Position numbers and translations under genes: made by a program. A stretch of 55,313 bases of DNA. Source: Paecilomyces variotii. Lineage: Eukaryota. This document shows, piece after piece, positions 25,335 through 37,690 of this stretch. The stretch lies in NCBI GenBank assembly GCA_004022145.1, contig RCNU01000030.1, one strand, 5' to 3'. The notes beneath the pieces are model-generated. The model saw only the letters and a program-made list of their open reading frames with translations, searched no databases and was not told where the DNA came from. Positions within the stretch are counted from its first letter, which is position 1. Every line of letters starts with the position of its first letter.

Positions 25335-27934
25335 GCATATATTACAAGTAGTCTTAAGATAAAGTTAATCTATTAAGATTTAAAATACTCTAATAATAAT
25401 TAATAAAATATTTATTAAGTAAGTAACTCTATAAGCAAAGATTTATTATATATTTAAAATAAAAATTAATAAGATAGAACCCACAGTCTATAACTTATTA
25501 GCCTATATATAGCTTACCCTAGATTATTTAGCTATCCTTTATTCTAAGCTAGTAATACTTCGGCTTAATATTAAAGCCTACTTAGTTAATTATCTTAAAA
25601 TAAACCTCTTATTTAAAATCGACATAATAAATTACTATAGTATATTAATATATCTTATTACTTTAGCCTATACTACTATTAAAGATATTTATATCCTGCT
25701 AAAGATTACTATAAAGCTAAACTATAATTTACTATAATTAGTTTATTTTATATATAAAATAGTAATATTATTAAATAATTCTATATATATCTTAATATAT
25801 TTTAAAGGATATCTTAAAAGATTATAATTATCTTTTTAAGCCTAACTATTAAGGAGTAAATCTATATACCTATTTAATAAATACTAACTTTACTTTTATT
25901 TAGGCGATTAATACTATAGATAAAAAATAAGCTATTTTATAGAAGACGCGCTTAAGTCTAGTTAATAAATATAAGGAGACTAATATATTCTATATTAACC
26001 TAATTATAGTATTACTAGCGCAGTTAGCATAATTATCCCTTAATAAAGTTAAGGGACGCTATAGCTATTTAAAGCAATAATCTAAGCTTTAAGAAAAAAC
26101 TTAATATTAGTATTACTATTTATAGGCCCCTAGATATTACTAATAATTAAGCTTAAGAAAATAATTAAAGCTTATAATATCTAGTTAGACTATAGATTTA
26201 TTAATATTTCCCTAGATTAATAGAAATAATCTTACTAAAGAAAGATTAAGAATTAAGTATTCTTAAGTATATTAAGATTTACTCTCTTAGCCCTAAAAAT
26301 TATAAAGTTATTAATTAGACCTTTAATAAGCTATGTTAATAAAGAAAGATAAAATATACTACTATTTATATGCTGAGTAAATATCTTATATTTATTATTT
26401 AATATAATATAGAGTATAATAATATAATAATTTATAAAGGCAGAGTAATTATAGATATCTATAGGCTAAACTATATTATTAAACCTAATATTTATTTTTT
26501 CCTATTATAAAAGGAGATTATTATACTTATAGTAAGAAAATATTTTATTTTAGTTTTTAATATAATATCCTTCTAATATTAATAGTATATCTAATATAAC
26601 TATAAGAACTATCTTTTTATTATATTATATAAAGGATAAGAGATTTTTAATATTATTATTATAGGCTTTTATAATATATTTAGTATTAGATAAATTACTA
26701 CCTGCGTGCTTTCTATAAATTTATAAGGATATATATTAATAATATTATAGTTGCCTCTAATGTAGTTAATAATTACTATATATATCTTTATAAGGTCTTT
26801 AAAAAAATGCAGGAACTAAATATTAGGCTTAATCTTAAAAAGTCCTTTATAAGATTTCTCTTTATATAACTATTAGATTACTATATTAACTTATTAGGAA
26901 TAAATATTATTAATAAGAAAATAAAGGCTATAGTTAATATTCTATTTTCTTATATAGCCTAGACCTTAGAATTATACCTTAATTTAATAAAATAGTTCAG
27001 GCAGTATATCCCTTAATATATTAAGATTATATAGCTATTATAGGATTAGAAAATAATATATTTTAGCAGAGCCCCTATAAAAGATAAGGTATAATAAAGT
27101 TTTATAAAAAATATAATCCTAGCTATATTATTATAAGCTAAGATAAATATTTTTAATACTATTTAAAAGTATTTTAATAATTTATTCTTTCTTATATACT
27201 GCAATTTAAAGCGCTAGTTCTACTTTAATATTAATCTTAATATCTCTAGCTTTAATATTATACTATACTATCTTTATAGCGATACTAGGGCTTAACTAGA
27301 TAATTACTATCTTTTTACAGTTTATAAACCTCTTAAAGCTATATTTAATTAATTAAAATTCAGCTAATTATATTCCTTTTAAGGTAGCTTAATATATTTA
27401 AAAAAAGATATTAATTAATAGAAATAGAAGTTGCATATTTAATATAGGCACTATATAAGATATACTATATTATTAAAACCTATTAAATACTACTAATTAT
27501 CTTTATAAATTATAGTACTATAATTATAATTGCTAAGCAGATATCTCTATAATTAATATTTATAGATTAAATTAACCTATAACTTATCTTAGTATCGCAA
27601 TATATATAAAGATTTAATCTTATATTTATATATAAACTAGGATATAATAATATTATTATAGATATACTATTATATCTCTAATTACTCTTTATTAAATTAT
27701 ATATCCTTATATTAGAAGATATTAGATATTATTTAGCTACTATATTTTTTAGAACTATATATACTAGTAATACTAAATATAAGCTATAATATAATATAAC
27801 TCTTATAGAGTTATTAGAGAAATTTAAGATCTAATTAAAGGAGAGTTATAAAATTAATCTTTATTAATCTAAGGTCTTTATTATACTATAAGATAATATA
27901 AACTCTATATGTCTCCCTTTTATAATTTATAAGG

Positions 27935-28426
27935 CTATATAATTAAATCCTTACTATTACTTATAAGTTTATAAAAAGGGTAATATTTATCCTAGGGCAA
28001 AATATATAGACTACTAAAAATTAGGCATTAGTATTATTTAAATAACTCTAGATTAATAATTAGGGATTTTTATTAATAATCTTATTAGATTATAATTTAA
28101 AGTTTCTATTAAATCTATAAAAAGGCCTATTAGTTAAAAGGAATAGATAAAACGACTTTGCACTAGCTCTAAAGGAAGGTATAACTCGGGATAAGAATAG
28201 AGTATAAGGGGTAGAACTAATACTAACGTATCCTTATAATATAATTAGTTAATTATATTAAGTTAGTTAAGTTTTCCTCCTAAGCTAATATGCTCTGTAT
28301 ATAAACTCTCCTACTGGGCTAACTATTCTCTATAACTATATATATAATTGTTTTAGACTCTCTTATAAGAGAATTCCTTACATATTCTCTTTATAAACTG
28401 CTAGTCCTAACTGCTATATTATAACA
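27935..28426. other. Foreign, LTR-like segment replacing the N-terminal part of the G1 integrase
   Basis: The expected HHCC and first catalytic-Asp region is not recognisable. The segment has a TATA-like tract and ends …tataaca just before integrase resumes (LFKHFDTKLLYST). The left boundary is approximate. Confidence 0.4.
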
Positions 28427-29397
28427 CTATTTAAATATTTTAATACTAAATTGCTATATTTAATAATATATTATTTATAAATGGATAGGTAATTTAAGTA
28501 AATAAATTAAATAGTTAAGATTACTCTATAATATTACTTAATTGCTTTAGAGAATATTATAGCTTAGCTAAAGATTCTTCTATTAATATAGCTAGTATTA
28601 AACTTTAGCCTATTATCTATTATAATAAGGTCCCTATATAATTTAATATATAATGTTTAGCTAGGCAATGCTATAAACCTTTATAGTAGAGAATTTTAAG
28701 ACTTTATCTTATAGGTTAATATATATAAAATACTTTATTTAGCTATTATAAATGCTAAATATATATATAATAAAAATTATTAGCTAATCTATTTTACCCC
28801 TAATAATAAAGTCTTACTAAAGTTATATTAAGGATATAATATTCCTAATATAGCTATTATTAAAAGGAAGTTATTAATATAATATATAAGGCTACTAATA
28901 GTTAAGTGCAGGATTAAATATTTTATATATTAGCTTAAATATCTTAGTGTATTAGAAATACTATAATATCTTCTCTATTATTTATTTAGAACTATACTTT
29001 ATTAATAATCTTTTTAAACATCTTATACCCTCTAATAATATTTTATTACTATATATTAATATAGATAATACTAGTATTAATTATTATAAAATTAAGATAC
29101 TATTTAACTATTATATCCGGCGAGTCTAAGATAAGACTATTATTAAGTATTTAGTCCGCTAGAAGAGATATAGTGCTTATTATAATATTTAAGAATTTAT
29201 CTAGAAATATAACTAGCATCTTAGACTACTAGCTAAACTATAGAAGTACGGGCAACTCTATAAATAATATTAGTTGCTATAAACTAGGCGCAGGAGAATA
29301 TAAATAAGATTATCTAATTATATCTTATACTATATCTATATATATATTTCTATACTCTATTATTAAGGACGATAATATTTTTTTAAAGGGGGCATAC

Positions 29398-29562
29398 TAA
29401 TATAGATACAGCATATAATGCTATCTTAGTATTATTTGCCTGCTATCTTAATAGAGTATAAAGGTATAAGGTGCAGAAGCCTTAGGCCAACGACTTAGCT
29501 ATATAGTTACTTTCTTATATAGCTAATAGAAGAATAACTTCTTTATCCCCTATACTATATTA
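29398..29562 (+). repeat. G1 3' LTR
   Basis: Matches 163-327. Confidence 0.9.
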
Positions 29563-29707
29563 GCCCTCTTACTTAATATAATTTTTTAATAATTTAGGCT
29601 ATTTTAGTAGTATAGTAGGTATTTAAATAATATTAATTTTAATATAGCAGAAAAAGCTAATAAAGTAGCTAACTTAGTCGGGTAGCTAAGTTAGCTAGGA
29701 AATATAT
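29563..29707 (-). mobile_element. 5' end and TIR of the subfamily-A Fot1-like element interrupted by G1
   Basis: …gtcgggtagctaagttagctaggaaatatat|TA is a RIPed version of the 51058-52929 TIR (…ggtagctaggttggccgggaaatacgt|TA). Confidence 0.87.
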
Positions 29708-29709
29708 TA

Positions 29710-31707
29710 CTTTAGTTAATTTAAACGCATTATTAAGTATATTATAGCAAAATTAATATCCTTAAAAGTCTTATCTAGAGGGTTATATAAGGAATGTTAA
29801 AAATTAACGCTACCTTCTATATAATCGGCTCTAATACTAGGACCGCGCGTAGCGCAGTTTTACTATTTAAACGCGAATACCTAGCTTAATAAAAAATTAT
29901 CTAGATTTATTAAATTTTAACTTCTTATATTATTCTTAATTTACTATAATATTTAAATTCTATAGCGATATTAAAAATAGGATTTAATATACCTTTACTA
30001 TATTATCTAATTAGTTAAAACTTAATATTACGCAAGCTATACATTAGTTTAATATGCCTTACCTATATCTTTTATCTTGTTACTATAGTCGCGTTTTATA
30101 GTCTAATAGATTTCTAATTAATAATTCTCTTTAGCTTAAGAGCTTATTATCTATAAATATATTAAATGCCTAGATATAATTAAATTATCTCTAATATAAT
30201 AATAGTAATTAATTATATAAATGCAATCTTAGCTTTAGCTTATTAAAACCCCTTAATATAAAAGAAGGAAAGAATTATTAAATTATTGCCTTAAAGCAGT
30301 AAAAAAAGTTATATATAAATAATTATATTAATTCTTAAAAAGTTATTATAGTTAAAGCAATAAATATTAATAGATTAATACTTTCCCCTTTTATTATTTT
30401 AACTGGCAAGTAAATTTAAATAAGCTAGTTTAAGCTCTTAGACAGTAATACTGCGATTAGAGTATTTAATACTAGATATATAAATAACTACTTAGCTTAC
30501 TAATAGATATAATACTTTAATTACTAGTTAGCTTATTACTAATAAGAGACTTATTACCTCCTTTTATATAATAAATATAGCTCTTATTTAATATATAAAG
30601 TCCTTAATTATTATAAAAAGAAGAAAATCCTCCTCTTTATACTAATACCTAATACTAGTTATTTAATCTAACTATTAGATATTAGTGTTTTTTTAAGCAT
30701 TTAAGCACTATTATAATAAAGCTATTAATTTTAATATAAGAATAAGTAATTTTAAATTTAATAAGTATAAATTTCTCTAAATACTTAGATCTATATAATT
30801 AAAGACCTTTAAATCTTCTACTATTAAAGGCGCATTTATAAAGACTAAACTTTACCTATATAATTTAGATATTATATTAGATAAGCTTTAAGAAATAGAT
30901 AATAGACTTATTACTTCTTAACCTATTAATAGGTTATTTATCTTAAATACTATATTAAAGACTATAAAGCGATTTAAATAGTTTAAATAATATTTATTTT
31001 AGCTTAAATTTAATTTAAATTACTTTACTAGCAGGCTTTAGAAACTATTAAAGGGCAATATTGCTTACTTAGTCTTATATTATAGACTAAATATAAAAGA
31101 AGCTTAAGGCCTTAGCTAGAGTATAATTAGCCTATTAAGTTTATATTAGAGTATTTAAAAGAGTTTATAATATAGAGGTATTATAATAAAATATAATACA
31201 GATTATATTTAATTATAAATCTTTAAGGATAGTAGTAATAAGGAGATATTATAAAAGTTAAAAGTCTAAATAAAAGCGAGCAATAATTAAGCTTAGGCAG
31301 GTAATTAAGCCGCGGAAGATAGCTCTAAAGGTATAGACTAATTAAAGGAGATCTTATTCTATATAATACTATATTTAATTAGGCAATTAGCTTTAGATTT
31401 AATAGGTTTAAAAGCTTTAAAAAGTAATAGATTTTATATATATTTATATTAAGCTAAGTATTTACGTTAAGATAGCGGGACTGCGCTACGCGCAGTCTTA
31501 GTATTAGGGCCGATTAGAGAGAATTTAATCTTTTTTTAAAGCTTTAATTATTAATAAGATTTTTCTCTTTTACTTAGTATAATTTTTTATAAATAAGCTT
31601 TTTTTAGCGGCATAGTAAGTAGTTAAATTAAACTAATCTAATAATCGCGAAGGAAGCTTATAGAGTAATTAAATTAGTTAAGTAATTAAGTCGGTTAGAA
31701 ATTATAT
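29710..31707 (-). mobile_element. 5' part of a third Fot1-like element (subfamily C), interrupted twice
   Basis: 29710-29823 and 31515-31707 align to 12840-13145 of subfamily B. ATG at 31613. TIR …gtaattaagtcggttagaaattatat|TA. Confidence 0.8.
29824..31514 (+). mobile_element. pogo/Fot1-like DNA transposon (1691 bp) with ATCGG-starting TIRs
   Basis: ~50-bp TIRs atcggc(t/c)ctaatacta(g/a)gac(c/t)gcgcgtagcgcagt; TA TSDs. De-RIPed DDE motifs LLLCDGYGSH ~30560 and QPLDVGVF ~30670. Confidence 0.88.
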
Positions 31708-31709
31708 TA

Positions 31710-32516
31710 AGTTATCTTGTTATTAAGCATTTATTAAACCTTATAAAGATATTAATATTATATAATATCTTACTTATCTTTATTATATACTATTAATATT
31801 ATAATTAAAGGCTTTATACTATTTATATAATATTTTATAAGATACTAGATTATCTTTAATATACTTAGATATTACTTATTAATAAACTTCTTTATTTTAT
31901 TAAAGTTAAACTTAACTATAGAGCAGTTTAACCTCTTATAAAGATATAAGCGTCTCTGGGGGCTATATATACTGTATAGCCTGGGCGAGTAAGAGAATTT
32001 AATAGGGGGCAGAACTTAGAATAGAAGGCGGTAAGTATATTAAAGCGTGCATTTTAGGGCAATCGCGTATTTATATATTTAATTTATAAAGATAATAAAT
32101 TACTTTAATACTACTATATAGTTTAATATTAATATAGGTAATATACTTTTAGCTTAAGTAGGGGTTATAGAGAACTACTTATTTATTACTTATCTCTAAA
32201 AACTTCTATAATTAAATAGAGTATTTAACCTTAATTTATATAGTATTATAATAGCAATATTATAAATAATTATTCTCTATAATCTTAGTAGTATTGCAGA
32301 AAGACTTAGAAAAGCGCTTAAAGTAAGTTTAAATATTATTAACTTCCTTTATATAACTAGCTATTAAGTTATAATTATTATATAGCTAATATATTATATT
32401 ATCTTTATAACTATTATATATAATTATTTACTACTATAATTATTAATAGGTAAAATCTTTATTAAGATTACTCTATTAAAGGTAAATAGGTTAAGAAATT
32501 ATTAACTATTATTTAT
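31710..32516 (-). pseudogene. Helitron Rep (Rep/Helicase) coding fragment, RIP-inactivated
   Basis: De-RIPed minus-strand reading gives MMHxPC…CM…CSKRFPK…YPQYRRR…WVVPYNPYLSxKYxxHINVELCSSIKAIHYLHK / YLYKGSDR…DEIxKFxDGRYL…EAIW, the conserved post-motif-2 and catalytic-tyrosine region of Helitron Rep. Confidence 0.8.
31947..32082. mobile_element. ~136-bp insertion of uncertain class (solo-LTR-like or mini rolling-circle element) in Helitron Rep
   Basis: More GC-rich segment splitting YLHK|YLYKG. Internal hairpin ggctata…tatagcc. No clean 4-5-bp TSD. Confidence 0.5.
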
Positions 32517-33569
32517 TCTTAAAGCTAATAAAGATACTTAATTAAGTAATTATTTAAGGGCTAAGCTAAACTAATCTATTTAGCTATTATTCTACTAACT
32601 AAGCTAACTACTAGCATAAGCAATTACTACTAGAGCCTTTAAGAGTATTAAAATACTCTCTTTAATTACGCTAGCAGATAAGCTAATTACTTAATCGGGT
32701 AATTTATTTAATCCCTTTAGATATTTAGTTTCCTTAACCTTATAAGCTCTTAAAATTCTTAAAATTTAATCTAGTTTAATAGCTTTATTAAGCCGTCTGC
32801 TAGGTTTATTTTACTGTTAATTTTCTGCAGTTTAATTATATTATTAGCCGCTATAATTTAAATAAAGAAATAGCAATTATTTAGCTATTTAATAATTAGT
32901 TTATAACTCTTATTTCTAACTAAAATTGCGGCATTTACTGCATTAGTCTAAATAGATATAGAGATATCTAGACTCTATTTAAGACCTAGGGTATAAGCTA
33001 GCTTTTTTATAAATATAGCTTCTTTTACTGCAGAATTTAATATATAGAATTTAATAATTATTATTAATAGAGCTACTATTTACTATTTCCTATTAAATTA
33101 GCTAATAGATACGCTTCTATATAAGATTATAAATACTTTAATTAAAGTCTTATTAAGGTTATTTTAATAACTAGTATTTATATAAATTTTAATAGTTCTA
33201 TTAAGATTTACTCTTAGTTTAATATTATAATTAAAAGCTTAGCAGATATATTATAGTAAATATTTTGCTATTTTAATATTTTTATTATTTAAGTTACTTA
33301 CCTTTTATTATAAGTAATTTATAGCTTAAGCTAAGTTTAGCTATATTTTAATTATTAACTAGCTTAATTTTCTAATAATAATTTAATATTTAATTTTAAT
33401 ATCCTTATCTATTAATTCTTCTAAAGGCTTTAATCTATATATAGATATTATAAGAACTTAAATTTTTATCAGTTTATTATTATAGAAGCTAGAGTTAGTT
33501 AAAATAGCTAATATATAGCTAGTTTAGTTTATAATAATTATTTCTTATATTTAGTCTTTATTTGGCTTA
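32517..33569 (-). mobile_element. Copia C3: 3' LTR (32517-32653) plus RNase H/RT end, same family as C2, interrupted by C4
   Basis: Colinear with 19684-20740 and stops abruptly at the C4 LTR. Confidence 0.9.
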
Positions 33570-34880
33570 TTTTAATGCCCCTAGGGGCTCTAGTAGTAGT
33601 CGCCCGCGCTAGTAGCTAGCTTAGTCAGTAGAGTAGTAGCTAGATAGATTAGTTTAGCTTAGCCCCTAAATAGTTCTTTAATTAAGTATCTTTATTAGCT
33701 TTGAGAGATTATAAGCCTAGCTTAGCCTTATTACTATTTTAAATAGACGAGTTAAATATTTTAAAGCTTTAATTTAATAAAAAGCTTTAACTAAATAATA
33801 CCTATAATAAGGAATTAAACTAATAGACCTTTATCTCTAAATAGACTAATTTTAAGATAATAACCTTATCTCTAGCATTAATTTTCCTAATAGCTTTAGT
33901 AGTTATAACCTATTAAGAATTAAAGCTGCTAAAGATTATATAGAATAAAATATTTATAATAGTTAAAAGATTAATTAATAATAATAATTTTAATAATTAG
34001 CTTTAGCTAGTTAAAGAAGTTCTTAGAACTATAGATTATAAGAACTTAATTAATATATTACTTAAGAGACTTATACTCTATAATAGAGCTAAAGTTTATA
34101 AGATATAAAGAAAGCTTAGCTTAATAATAAAGAGCTAGATTAGCAGTTAGATAGACTATAAGCTAATTAAAACTATTAAAATTATGCCTAATAAGCTAAT
34201 TTATATAGATAAATATATTAAAATAATTAAAAAGATTATTAACTATAATTTAACTTTAAGCAGATTCTTTATCTTCTAGTAAGTTATTACTATAACTAAA
34301 TCTTAATATAAAATAATTAGATTATATAATAAAATTAAATAATATAGGCTTAATTCTCTTGCCCTTTAATATAGTAATACTAATATTTAAATAGCTTAAA
34401 TCTAAAATATTAGCCTAAACTAACTCCTATTATATTAAGTAAACTTAATAAATTAAACCTTTAATAAATATAATAATAAAGGAATTTTAGCAATTTAGCT
34501 TTAAAACTATTAATTAAGCTAGATCTTATAAAAGTGCTTAAGTAATTCTAGCTATATCTATAAATAAAACTCCTATCTAAGAGATTAGATAATTAAATAG
34601 ATTATTAAAGGGTCTATTATTAAATAAAGACTCTTTAAATTTTACTTATAAAATATATAAAAAAAAGCTATATTTTAAAGGTAAATATATATATTATTAT
34701 ATACTTAAATATAATTCTATAAATTATTACTGCCTTAAGAAGGAAGTCTTTAATTAATAGTGCTTATTAAGAGATATTTAGACTTTATTAATAAAGAAAA
34801 GTAATAATATAAATATAACTATATAAATAATATTCTAAATAAAAGTAAAGATAAAGATATTATTAAACTAGACTTAGAGC

Positions 34881-35399
34881 GGGCCTACACCTCGGCCCAG
34901 CCGGGGGCGAGCTCAGCCCACCCTAGAAGCTCAGCCCACCCGAGTATTTTTACCATTTTTTAAGTGGGCCGAGCTTTTAAACTAAAAACTTCAAAAATTT
35001 ATTAAAAGTCGAAACCTAAAGATATTTCACTCGAAATTAAATATTTACATAGGTTATAACCTATATCTTATATATATAAAAAAAGAAAAATTAAATATCT
35101 AAAAATTGATTTTTAAGAATTAAAAAACCAAGAAAGATTTGTAATTTTCGAATTTCTATGTGTAATTTACTAACTCTTGCCCTAGCGTACCCAATTAAAA
35201 TCCTAAAATCCTAATTTTAATATATAATGTAGACTAAAATATAAATTATTTTATAATATTTTTTATATATTTCTACTATGCCTAAATAGGCTAGGAAAAA
35301 TCAAAGTTTCTTGGGGTGCGCCGAGATCCCAAATACTTGGGTGGTATGAGCTTTTAGGGTGGGCTGAGCTCGTCCCCGGCTGGGCTGAGCTACATCCCG
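34881..35399 (+). mobile_element. Mutator-like non-autonomous element / MITE, copy 1 (519 bp)
   Basis: ~69-bp imperfect GC-rich TIRs; 9-bp TSD acttagagc; the empty site is present in C2 at ~23815; no ORF. Confidence 0.88.
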
Positions 35400-37348
35400 A
35401 CTTAGAGCTTAATAGTAATTATATAAATAATATTTTTATTTACGCCCTGTATATACTAAAGTAAAAATACTATTTATTCTCTATAATCTAAAATAAAATA
35501 CTATATAAAATATAGTATAACTCTTAAAATAATAAACTAATAGATATAAATACTAATTAAATTATTAGATATATATATAAAAATAGAGATATCTTATAGC
35601 TTAAGCTTTATAAGCAGATTATTATATTAATAATATTATTAAAACTCTTATATAGAAAACTAAAGTATATTAAAGCTATAAAGCTTAAAATTATTATTAA
35701 ATTAAACCCTATAGCTATTTAACTTATTAAAGATATAGATTTTTATTATAAAATATATTATATAATAAAGATAAAATAATTAATATCTAGAGATTTTTAA
35801 TCTCGCGTATTATAATTAGCAGAATTCTTTTATATAAATACTTAGCCTATAAAGCTACTAGGAGTTTAAAAATATATTAATTATCTTATTATTATAGACA
35901 ATATTATAAGAATATAATTTATCTATATATTAAAATTAAAAGATAAAGCTTTAAAATATATAATCTTCTTTATTAAAGGGATTAAGAATATCTTATTAAT
36001 AGGCTACTATCTATAATATTAGAGAATAAATAGCAGTAAAAAATTTTTAAACTTTAAATCTTAGGCTAAAACTTAAGGACTAAAAATTAAATTAATATCT
36101 TTATAAACCTTAAAGAATAATAATACTTTAGAATATTATAAAAAATATTTTAATTTATTAGCTTATATAATAATAATAGCTTTAAAATTCTTAGAAAATC
36201 TTAAGCTATTTATAATTAAGATTATTATTTATATTATAAATAAACTATTATAAAAGAATAAGACTAAACCTCCTATTATAAAATAGAGGAGATATTTTAA
36301 TATATTAAATAAAAATCCCTTTTTAAAATATCTATAAGTTTAAGGCTATTAAATATATCTTTATATATTTAAAGTAGATAAGAAATAAGCATTTAAAATA
36401 GCTCTATATATATAAGTTAATTATTTAATTAAATATAAGAGAGATAATAATTATATTTATAAGGTTTAAATCCTTAAAATAAGAGAGATTAAATACTTTA
36501 AAGATATATTTTTTAAAAATCCTATATTAAAGGGTTTAGCGCTAATTATTAATAAAATAAAAATATCTATTTTAAAATAATATATTAAGAATTAACTATA
36601 AATAATAGACTTAATCTATTAAATAATTAGATATTATCTAATAATATATTAGAACTCTATTACTTATACCTTAGATTAAATAATAGATTAAATAATAACT
36701 ATTAGAAATATAAAAAAATATAGATATTATCTAACTTACTATAAGTAATTTAAATGCTTAGATAAATAAGCTAATTAATTAAGCTTTACTTAAAGATATT
36801 TTAACTTCTTTAAATCTATTATAAGAAGATTTCTATAATATTAGTCCTATAAAATATAGAAATATTAATTATACTAATTTAATTAGCTTATAGCTTATAG
36901 GAGAATTAATAAAGAAAATATTATAATCTATATAAAATAAAAAGCTAGTAACTTAGCTAAAAGATAAGTAAGCTTATAATATTTAAATAGCTTAAATAAA
37001 AAAAGCTATAAAGGCTAAAGGGAATAAATAATATAATATCTTAGCTTTAGCTTTATAGCCTATATAAGCTTATAAAGTTAAAATCTCTTATACCTATAAA
37101 TAAGTAATTAAATCTTTATAAGTTAATAATTAATAATAAGCTATAGAGACTTAAATATAGAAGCTTAAAGCTAAATAAACTTAGTTACTAGTCCTTTATT
37201 TAGATATAAAGATATTAAAGTTCTCCTAAGGAAATAAGTATATAATATTAAGATTAATACTAATAGCTTCTTAAAAAAAATAAAGCTAAATAAATAATTT
37301 ATAATAACTTTTAGCAGATTATTAAATATAAATAATATTATAGCCTAG

Positions 37349-37690
37349 TGTTATAAGATAAGGTGTCGAGACTTAGTAGTAAGTCTTAGAGTATAAGGAA
37401 ATAGAGGAAGAGAAGGAGAGCTCTGTTCTTTGGGGCTTAAGGTAAAGCTAAAAGAGAAGCTCTAACAGCAAAGTAATATAATAAGTAAAAGCTGCTTTAT
37501 TATTAAACTAATACTAAATAATAATTAAAAGGGGAACTGCCTATTTTATTCTATATTAACTAATTAATCTCCCTTGCCTCCTTTCTATCTTATTAGAAGT
37601 ATTTAAGTTACCTCTTCTAATAATAATATATGACTTACTGATCTAATTATATCTTTAGAACTTCTTTAACTACTATTTCTCCCTATTATA
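37349..37690 (-). repeat. G3 3' LTR
   Basis: Matches 54656-54996. Confidence 0.92.

Larger units (their letters stand above)
163..29562 (+). mobile_element. Ty3/gypsy chromovirus LTR retrotransposon G1 (about 7.5 kb of its own sequence, with three large nested insertions)
   Basis: 165-bp LTRs at 163-327 and 29398-29562; 5-bp TSD gctct/gccct; PPT aaagggggcatac before the 3' LTR. De-RIPed motifs: RT YVDDIVVA ~26730, integrase TKLLYSTAYHPQTDGQSERTNQ ~28445, chromodomain KYLVRWKGY ~29145. Confidence 0.92.
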
